DNA of 64,000 nucleotides. Origin: Felis catus (Eukaryota). Location of the stretch: assembly GCF_018350175.1 (NCBI RefSeq), contig NC_058368.1, forward strand, positions 192,388,001 to 192,452,000. Reading direction: 5' to 3'. The notes under the pieces are model-generated. The model did not search any database. It was not told the origin of the DNA and saw only the letters and a program-made list of their open reading frames with translations. The translations under genes were made by a program, and so were the position numbers. Below are positions 1 through 10,400 of the stretch, piece by piece. Numbering within the stretch: position 1 is the stretch's first letter; every line of letters begins with the position of its first letter.

Positions 1-1251
1 CAGCAAGCAGAGCGAGGACACGACAGTGGCAGCAGCGTATAGACACAGGACGTCAGCTTCGAACGATGCAACAGCAGGGGTATTTCAGGCAAGGCTCTGA
101 TCTGAGCCGCCCCCAACCCTCTTGCCTATAGGCAGGAGGCACTGTACATGCAACTCAGTCCAGAGAAAGATTCTAGCCAATCCAGCCCAGGCACATCCAG
201 AGAAGGTGTGAGCTCTTCGAGTTGACTCCACCGAGGAAAACAGGCATTTGGGTATTTCAGATTCCCGCTCCACAATAAGGCAACTTTTAAAAAAATATTA
301 TTTCCAAGAACAAAACAAAACAAAACAAAATCCAAGGGCTGGGGAAAGACATCACTTTCTGTGGATTAGGTGGGGGTTTTCTGATTTATTTTTTTGGTCT
401 TTTATGGTCGATTTTGTCTTTTTTTTGTTTTTTTGTTTTTTTTTTTTTTTTTTTGTTTTTTTGTTTTTTTTTTTGTTTGTTTTTCCATTTTTCCAAGGAT
501 GGAAAGGTCAGAGAAAAATAAAATAAATCATCTTTCAATAGTCTTTTCTGGTATGAGCAGCGTCTCTCTGGGCTGGGGAGTAAGGGGCATGGGGAGAGGG
601 GAGTGGAGAGAGGCTGAAACCTTCCCCCACTCCCACTTCTAGATCCTTTGGTTTCCTTCTCCCAGAACATGGCAGAAGGGCATGGTGGGGACAGCAGGGG
701 GAGAACATGGTGATGGTAAGCCCCAGATGATGAGGGGGCTGGTGCTCGTGGGGCCCAGGGACGCTGCCAGAGCCTTCCATGGGACAGTGCTGGGCAATGG
801 GGCCCACAGGGCCTTCTTGTGGGCTGCATAGTTGGTTGAGTGGGAGCAGGAGGAGGCTGTGGGTGGGAACCAGGGTTACGGCTTACCAGCCGTGGGCAGG
901 GCTGCAGAGTGATTTTGGTAATCCAGACGAACTATCAATAATTTAAAACTTGATATATATATATATATATATATATAAAAAAAATCTCCCCCCTTTCCCT
1001 CCCCCCTTAGAAGAAGCTAGGATGTGAAGAGTCATGGAGAGAGGAGGGGGAAGGGGGTGTGTGGAGGCTCCTGCCCAGGGGTACCTCTGATAGCCCAAAT
1101 GGTGTACATGTTGCTACTCAGCACAAAGGCCCATGCTAATAACTCTAGGCCTGTCCCTTCTCTGTCCCCTCTCCTGGGACTGGGCACCCCCATGGACTCT
1201 TACCCAACCCCCCATCCCCCCCCTCCAAAACCCCAGGGCTAAGGGGCTTTT
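1..1251 (-). other. LARP1: LARP1 3' UTR (probably continues past the window start)
   Basis: Sequence free of interspersed repeats downstream of the stop codon; contains (AT)n, an A-rich tract and one AATAAA at 385-390. Confidence 0.85.
953..976. repeat. (AT)12 microsatellite in the 3' UTR
   Basis: Direct reading. Confidence 0.95.
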
Positions 1252-1461
1252 TCACTTTCCCAAAGTCTGTGTGTCCGAGTGCTGGCTTGTCCATTTGGCA
1301 TCTTCCCGGACGGGCTGGCCAGTGGGTGGTGTGGGGGGTTGGCTGATCACGGTGGAGGGCCTGCTGGAAGACTGGGAAGGGCACCGCTTCCTGCCCTCAC
1401 CGCCGCCACCTCCTGCCGCCACTGGGTGTCGTTTGTGGTTGCCCTCCTCACCCATGGGGGG
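1252..1461 (-). CDS. LARP1: LARP1 exon 19 coding part (PPMGEEG...QTLGK*), 210 nt
   Basis: Acceptor tgttacag|, stop TGA at 1254-1252. Confidence 0.96.
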   Translation of the reverse strand, partial: PPMGEEGNHKRHPVAAGGGGGEGRKRCPSQSSSRPSTVISQPPTPPTGQPVREDAKWTSQHSDTQTLGK

Positions 1462-4400
1462 CTGTAACAGAGGAGGAAGTCACAGGTGACCAGGGGCCAC
1501 TACCCATACCCCTTTCCTTGCCATGGCTGGCTCTCTAGAGACTTCCTACCTCCAAATGCAGTAACAGTTATAACCTTAAAAACTAATTACCAGTTTATGA
1601 GGCACATCTCCATGCCAAGATGCCAAAGCCCCATGCTACTTTATGCACCAGAACCCACTCAGGGAGTCTACACCACCCTTTGATGAAGACACAATCATCC
1701 CATTTTACAGATAAGGAAAGTGAAGCACAGAAAAATAATTTGCCCAGGGCTGCATAAATTACATAACTGGTGGAGACAAGGCAGGACTAGGCCCATCTAT
1801 CTAACTCTGAAGCCCAGGCCTTCACCCACACACGTTTCTGCTCCCCTCTGAGAAGGGATTGCTTCTCAGGCAATGATGCATGGAATGTGGCAATATGCAA
1901 TATGCTAAGACGTCTCAGCTCAGAAGGCCCACATGCTCCTGGGCTCTGCCTTATCCCCTTCCAGGCCAGAAAGAGGACACTGATCTAAGAGATCATGATC
2001 CAGTCTGGCCTTACCTCTGCCAAAGCTCTGGTGACCTCAAGGACATTTCCTTCCCTTTCTGAGGGTCAATGCTGAGCCCTTCTAGTCCCACTTCCACAGG
2101 TCTTCCCACTGCAAGGCTTCTCTGCACACATGCCCCTCCAACCCCCAGAGGAGGAAATGCTTAAGGACAGAAAACAACAGATTCATCTTTATACTGGGAG
2201 GCCTGAAGGGCACTGCCACTATCTAACTGGGTGGCTACGGGTTTCCATTTATCCACTGGTACAGCAACTGTAACAATGAACTCTGCCTCCTTCACCACAT
2301 TATAAAGATTAAAATGAGGTCAATGTCAAGTGCCTAACACAGCCCTTGGGACACAGTAATCACTCAATTAATGGCAATTTTTTAATAGATGAGAGGACTA
2401 TTATTGCTATTTGTCTTTTGGCTAAAAGGTTTGAAGGGAATAAGAGGACTGGCACATCTCTACTATATTATAAAGTCTTTGAAAGAACGAGTCTCACTCA
2501 TTTCTGGAGTCTCTGACTGACATCCATGACTCAAAGCTACCACTTCCCTGATTATACCCAGTAGCAATAACCCTGACCCACCACTGGATGTCACCATTGA
2601 GTCACCCACTCCAAGAAGACAGGGGTTGTGTTGGTGCGGGGTTGGAACTGGCCTCTTCCAGAAAAAGCAAGTACATTTACTAGGGCACTCATCCCCGGCT
2701 AACCAGGGCACACTAAGATAAAAGAGAGAGAGCATTATGATGGTTTAGCTATAGGACCATGGGAAGGAGGGAGGAGCAACTTGCATAATCCCCTTCAATT
2801 GGCTGTCAGTGTCCACTTCTCACTCTCTATTTTACAGGCAAAGAAACTAAGGCCAAAATGGGGGAAAAGGGTCTCTGGGCTAGTGGCATAGCTGGGACCA
2901 GAACCCAGGTATCCTGACCTCTGGTCCAGTTTTCTTTCCAGGACAACGAGGGTGAGAAAGACAAGAGACTTTCACTCACATCCACTCGGAAGTCTTCGAG
3001 ACGTCGGAATTTGCCGAGGTATTCTTGAAGTTTGGGGTCAATGTCCAAATTTTTGGCTTTGGAATATTTCAAGAAGGCCCAGAACTTCTCCAGCCCATAG
3101 AGCTGGCCTGCAGGAAAGAGGAGGCAGAGGTGGAGAGAGGTAGAGAGAAGCGGGGCTGGTGAGGAGTTGAGAATTAAGAGGTTCAGGGGAGCGGGAGGTG
3201 TGAGGTGACTGACACACAGCCAGACCCAGGTGGCCCCGGGGAGGGAGGAGGGAGAAAAGGCCTAGATGACTGGGGCTTGCAGAGTCCAACTCTGGCTCTC
3301 ACCAGCTTCATAGTCCTTCACCGTCTCTTCCTGAAAATCCTTGAAGATGTCTAGCCGGAACTTCTTTTCCAGGCCGTAACTGTAGTATCGAAAAAGGCAC
3401 TCCAAACCATATCTGTAGGAGAGCACAAGTCAGTGAAATCAGGACACAGTTTATTTGTAAAACGGGATTGCACCTGCATAATAAATGAATGAGGAAATGG
3501 TTTAAGCACGTGGATTATTGAGAAAATGGTAAAAAATCCTTAAAAAGGCTAGCATTTAACGTTAGTCTAAGTGGGTCTAGCAGTTTATGGTTTGTTTGCC
3601 AGAGGTCAGCAAACTTCAGCCAAACAACAGCCCTCTGCCCACATTCAATTGCTGTAAGAGCAGAGCTGAGTAGTTGCGACAGAGACCCTACATCTGCAAA
3701 GCTTTACATATTTCTTATCCGTCCCATCACAGAACAAGTTTGCCAATACCCTGAGATGAGCTCTCCGCAAAGTCACGTGACCATGTCAATTAGCAGGTTT
3801 GTTTATCTGACTTCAGAAATTTTACTTTTAGGAACATGTCAAGGAGGTGACCAAAAATACATTGTTTCTATTTTACAGATGTACAAAACTGTTCATTAAC
3901 ATTATTCAACAAAACTTAAATGTCTTAAAGAGACAGTTAATAATGTAAATCTGTACAACAGAATATAAGCTATTAAAAATTATAACGTATGGGGCCCCTG
4001 AGTGGCTCGGTCAGTCATGATCTTATGGTTCGTGGGTTCGAGCCCCGCTTCGGACTCTGTGCTGACAGCTCAGAGCAGCTGGAGCCTGTTTCAGATTTTG
4101 TGTTTCCCCCTCTCTCTGCCCCTCCCCTGCTCACATTCTGTCTCTCTCTCTCAAAAATAAAACATTAAAAAAAATTATAATGTAAATACACACTGATGGA
4201 TACTGAGATGCTTATGATATATCACCAAGTGGAAAAGACAGGTTTCAAAGTGTTACATCAGAATGAGCCCATTTTATAAACAAATATGTAAATTTTACAT
4301 CTACCCATGCATACAAAGTCTAGAAGGCCACACACTTAAATATATTAACAATGGTTATCTCTGGGGGTTGGAATTTTCAAATGATCTTATCTATATTTTC

Positions 4401-7400
4401 TAAACTTTCAGCAAAAGGTATGTAAGAATTTCTGTAAGAAAGTTTTAAAAGTTAAATACTTTAGCAACGTGGAAACACACTCATGCTTATAAATGATAAG
4501 ATACAAAAAGGCATTCATGTGATGATCTAAATACATTAAAAAGTACGGTACAAATTATTATCTAATAGAGGCTATACTTTGGGTAAACAACAGTAGGGTG
4601 GTGGGAGACTATAGGTATGTCCTTGCTCACACAAGCAAGTATTTTTAGGAAAGCCCCTCGGGATTCTGACCATGCTGGCTATCTGTGGAGAAAGCAACTA
4701 GATGGCATGGGGACAGGGATGAGGAGACTTCTCACTATATAACCTCTGTCCTCTTTGAATTTTGAACCATGTAAACATATTACTCATTCAAAAATAATCA
4801 TGTTTTTATAAAGCAAATGTGTATGCAAAACAGATTTCTGGTTATAGCTCTGGAGGCAGACCCACCAGGAATGCTTCACCTCCCACAGGACCCACCAGCA
4901 GCCCCCCCCCCCCGCCCCCGGCCACACTCCTCACATCCTGCTCACCTGTAGCCTTCTTTGGCATCCTCCAGAGCAAGCTGCTTAAACTCCTCATACATCT
5001 TTTTGTTGAAGTGATCTCGGAGGAAGAAGGACCAGAAGCGGAAGAGAGTGTTCATCTCCTGAGACTGGCCAATGCCCAAGCGTTTCCGCTCTGATTGGGG
5101 ACAGAGGAGGAAAGACCTTTCAGGGCCAGGCTGCCCGTGTTGAGGGGACAAATGCTCCTGGGGTCAGACTTTGGTCCTTTCTCCTGTCCCCCCCAATTCC
5201 CTTGCTCATCCCCTGTCCTTTCAGTCTTTCAGGAGACGGTCATTAAGCGCTATTCCGTGTCAGGCCCTGCTGCCAGGCAGTGGGCCTGAGCCTCGCCACA
5301 AGCAGGTGGCATCAGCTTCTAAATCAGGCCAGCCTGGTCTAGCTCTTCATCTCAAATGCTACTGCTCTCAAGTGTAGTCAGAATAAGGAAAAGCATGAAC
5401 AAATAATCCGACAACCCAACAAATTACACTGATTAGTCATTACCAACAATTATTTTAGGAATCTAACAATTACAAAATGGTACCATTAAAAATACACAAT
5501 ACCAAAGCACAAGCAACAGAAGAATAGATAAATTTAGTATCATTAAAAAAACTAAAAGGGCACCTGGGTGGCTCAGTTAAGCATCCATCCGACTTCAACT
5601 AGTTCATGCTCTCATGGTTTCTGGGTTCGAGCCCTGTGTCAGGTTCTGTGCTGACAGCTTAGAGCCTGGGGCCTGCTACAGATTTTGTGTCTTCCTCTCT
5701 GCCCCTCCCCGACTCACACTCTGGCTCTTTCTCTCTCTCTCAAAAATAAATAAAACATTAAAAAAAATTAAAAACTAAAAACGAAAAACCTAGGGTGCCT
5801 GGATGGCTCAGTTGGTTAAGCGTCTGACTCTTGACTTTGTCTCAGGTCATGATCTCACGGTCATGATGAAATCGAGCCTCGTTTCTGGCTCTGCATTGAT
5901 CACGGAGACTGCTTAAGAATCTGTCTCCCTCTCCCTCTCCTCCTCCCCCATTCGTGTGCATGCACACTCTCTCAATAAATTAAAAAAAAAAAGAGAGAGA
6001 CTAAAAACCTCTGTGCTTCAAAGAACACTATCAACAACATGAAAAATCAACCCACAGGGTGGGGAAAAAGTATTTACAACTCATGAATCTGGTAAGGGAC
6101 TTGTACCTAGAATCTATAAAAAACTCTTATAACTTGTTAATAAAGGCAAATAATAGTCAAAAAATAGGCAAAGGATCTGAACAGACATTTCTCCAAAGGT
6201 ATACAAATGGCCGATAAACACATGAAAAAAATTTTCAATGTTATGGCTTTCAGGAAAATGCAAATCAAAACCGTAAGGAGGTATCACTTATCACTTCAAG
6301 TCTATGAAGACGGCTGTAATAAAAAAGACACACAATACCAAGTGCTGGGAGGACTGGAGCAACCAGAAGCCCTATACACTGCTGTCAGGAACGAAAACAT
6401 GGTGCCCCCACTTTGGCAAACAGTCTCACGATTCCTCCAAAGGTTTAAACACAGCTATCATATGACCCTGCAATTCCGCTCTTCTATCCAAGTTAAATGA
6501 AAACCTATGTCCACACAAAAACTTGTACACGAATATTCACAGAAGCACTATTCATGATAGACAAAAAGTGGCAATCCAAATGTCCATCACCTGACAAACA
6601 AATAAACAGAACAGACCATACCCATAATAATGGAATATTATCTGGCAAGGAAAAGGAATAAAGTACTGACACCATGCTACAATATAGATGAAATGTGACA
6701 ACAGTATGCTAAGGGAAGAAACCAGTCACAAAGAATGGTGTGATACAGGATTCTATCTATATGAAAAGCCCACAAAAGGCAAACCATTCAGACTGGTGGT
6801 TGTGCAGGCCCGGAAGGAGCTGTGGGGGCGGGGATGGGAAATGACTGGTCAGGGGCACAGGGTTTCTTTCTGTGGTAATGAAAATGTTCTAAAATCGATT
6901 CTGCTGATGGACGTGCAACTCCTGAATATACTAAAAGTCACAGCACCTTTCACCTTAAATGGGTAAACTGTATAGTATGTGAATCCTATCTCAATAGAAC
7001 TGTCATACACAAACGCAGAGGGAAGTAAGGCAGACGAAAGAAGCACTTAGCAGCCATGTTTTGCTAAATGAAAAGAGGTGAGGCAAATTAATACAAGGGA
7101 GCATTAAGACTGCTTCTGTGGGGGGTTGCCTAGGGCTCAGTCAGTTGAGTGTCTGACTTCGGCTCAGTTCATGATCTCACAGCTTGTGGGTTCGAGCCCC
7201 ATGTCGGGCTCTGTGCTGACGGCTCAGAGCCTGGAGCCTGCTTCAGATTCTGTGTCTCCTCTCTCTCTGCCCCTCCCCACTCACACTCTGCCTCTCTCAA
7301 AAAATAAACATTAAAAAGAAAATTTTTAAAGATTGCTTCTGTGGAGCCCCTGGGTGGCTCAGTCGGTTGAGCGTCTTGACTCTTGATTTCTTTCAACTTA

Positions 7401-10400
7401 GGTCATGATCTCATGGTTCATGGGATTGAGCCCTGCGTCGGGCTCTGTGCTCATAGCACAGAGACTATTTGGGATTCTCTCTTCCCCTCCCACTGTTCTC
7501 TCTAAAGAAAAAATTGGGGGGGGGGGGGGGGGAGATTGCTTTTGAGCATCTTTACAGCCAACCTGACAGAAATCTATAGTTAAAAGACATTTCAGGAGCC
7601 AGGTGGCTGAGTCGGTTGAGCCTTCAACTCCAGATTTCAGCTCAGGTCATGATCCCCGGCGTTTGTGAGACCAAGCCCTGCAATGGGCTCTGTTCTGAGC
7701 ATGGAGTCTGTTTAAAATTCTCTCTCTCCCTCCTCTGCCCCTCTCCCCCACTCACTCGCTCTCTAAAAAATAAAAAAAATTAAAAAAAAAAAAAAATCTC
7801 ATGGCACCTGGGTGGCTCAGTTGGTTAAGCCTCCGACTTCGGCTCAGGTCATGATCTCGCGGTTTGGGAGTCCGAGACCCGCGTTGGGCTCTGTGCTGAC
7901 AGCTCGGAGCCTGGAGCCCGCTTTGGATTCTGTGTCTCCTTCTCTCTCTGCCCCTCCCCCACTTGTGCTCTACCTCTATCAAAAATAAATCAATGTAAAA
8001 AAAAATTTTTTTAAATAAAATAAAATAAAATCTCATTCTGTGATAAAAAGAAACACATGAGAGTATCTAGAAAGCTTATTTCCCTATACCATCTTCTAGA
8101 GCAGGGGTCAGCAAACTCTTTCCCACAAAAGGCCAGAGAGTAAATGTTTTAGGCTTTATAGGCCAGATATTGTCTCTGTCAAAAGTTCTTCTCTTTCTTC
8201 TTCACAACCACTTAAAAATGTAAAAAAATGTAAAAAATGTAAAAAAAGGTAAACTTTTGATATTTTTTTTATCATCCGTAGAGGAAGATCAAGGAACAAA
8301 ATATTCTGAGTAGCAGATTCTTTTAGCTTTCTGTATTCCCAACTACGTGGCCTGAGTCTAGCTCCAATCCTTCTTGTTGCAATGTGTCACTTCTTGATCT
8401 AAGGTCAGAGAAAACAATCACCTGACCCACCACCCTTACACTCGGATCTAAGTAGTGGACCCAGAGGCTCAGCCCCTCTGCCCCTGTGCTACTTACCGTT
8501 AAGGCAGCGCCTACGATATTTGTGGTAGACGTGTTGTGTGAAGCCATTTTCCTTGAGCAGCTCGTGGGAAGGATGCTGGAACTTGGGCAATGACTGAGGG
8601 GTACAGCCATAGCTGCCAACTGCAGGTGTCCCTTCTGAGGGGCTGGAACTAGAGGTCAGGAAAGAGACAATGTCACCAGGTTCCCTGGAGCAGCTAGCCA
8701 TCAGTTTAGGAGGGGCCCCTCTGGTCCTTCCATCAGCCAAGATCTAGTTTCTCGTAGGGCAGCAAAGAGACCCAAGTACTGTGCTAGGTCCTTAACTTAC
8801 ATCCACGGGCCCAAATCACTCTTTGCACACACAAACCTTTGGTGCGTTTTACAAAGTAGTCAGTGAGGCTTACAGAGACTGGGAGACTTGTCCTGAGTCA
8901 CGGGGCTGTTTAACATCCCAGATCGGCACAATGCCCAAACCTGAGCTTCTAAGCATTTATTTATCCAGAGTTCACGTTCAACTTTCTTTGATAAGCTATT
9001 ATGGGTTAATCCATCTATATGTTTTCTTTAAAACCATGACCATTCTCAGTCTGTGCCATCTTTGCAGGGAGTAGAGTGCATATATAGGTCAATGGCTTCC
9101 AAACCTTGCTCTTGAACAGAAAACACTGGGACAATTTTCCTGGGGCTGGGGGTTGGGGGATGGGGGAAGCCACCTAAACCCTACCCCCAGAAGCTGAATC
9201 AGTAGATCGAGGGCAGGGCCCAGGAATCTGTATTTTTATTTAATGACCGCCCCTTCCTGGGGCAGGCAGCAGATACACACTTTTGAAATCATTCACAAAC
9301 ATTCTCTCTCTGAAGACACTCTGGTCCCATGTAGATGCAACACCACTTCTTTAGGAAAATCTTCCCAGGCTCTGGATTAAGTTCTCTAGACTCCTCCAGA
9401 TTTTTGGATTTAGATTAACGGTCCCTTTCTTTAATTTACAGACCGAAGAGGTTCGTTCTTCCTGGTCCCATCAGCTGCTTGGCTTTCCCACCCATCCTGC
9501 AGTCGGCCTCATCTCTCCTCCCCACTGCCCTGGCACCTGATGGAAGCAGTCCGGGGCCTGTGCTCACGGGAATCCATCACCCAGCCCACATGACTCTCCA
9601 GGGGCGGGTTCGAGCTGTGTCTTGTCTTCCTTTTCCGAGGCATCTGCAAAGGCCAGTCCAGATTTTGTTATTAATCGCACTCACAGAACTCTAGGAGCAC
9701 CAAGCACTTGTAGGACTAAGACCTCTCATGTGTGTGAGTTATTTCACAATTTACAAAGCATTTTCATATCTATTCTCTTACATGATGTCCACAGTTATGA
9801 GTCAGGAAATGGTATGCCTATTTCACAGGTGAGGAAACTGAGGCTTGGGAGCCCTAAGGACCCACTCCTGGTCCATCCTCCTGAGGCCTTATCCTGGCTA
9901 CATGGAATCACCACTCCCACACCCGGTCCCTTCTTCAGATGTGGCCACTCGATCCTGGGGGGGGCCCAGCTGCCTAAGAATATAGAGCAGGTCTGGGATC
10001 TGGCAGTCTCCTGGCTTAAGCAAGGGTAAAAAGCAAAGCAGGGGAAAGAGGTGAAGTGAGCCCAAGACTCTTAGCAGCCCGGCAGGAGAGCCTCACCTTG
10101 GCGTCTAGTGTCCGTCCTTCTTTCACTACTGGGTAAAACCGTGATGTCTGACTTGAGTCTTTGAGCTGTGGTGTCCGGGGAGTGCGGGGGGTCCTGGCGT
10201 TGCGGTAGTTTGGCGACTCCGGGACAGTGGTTGGTAGAGAACGGGCGATGGTGGAGGGCTCAGGAGCACCAAACAATTTGTTGGCCAGGGCATCAGTGGG
10301 AACTGCAGAGGCAGAGCAGGCCAGTAAGCAGAGGTAGGCCTGTGACCGTCTGTCCCTGGAAGGCTCCCCGTTGAAGGGCTGCAGACCCTCCCACCCAGGC

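Noticed and set aside
6207..6500. 97-aa ORF as a gene
   Set aside because: Degenerate LINE-1 ORF2 C-terminal remnant.
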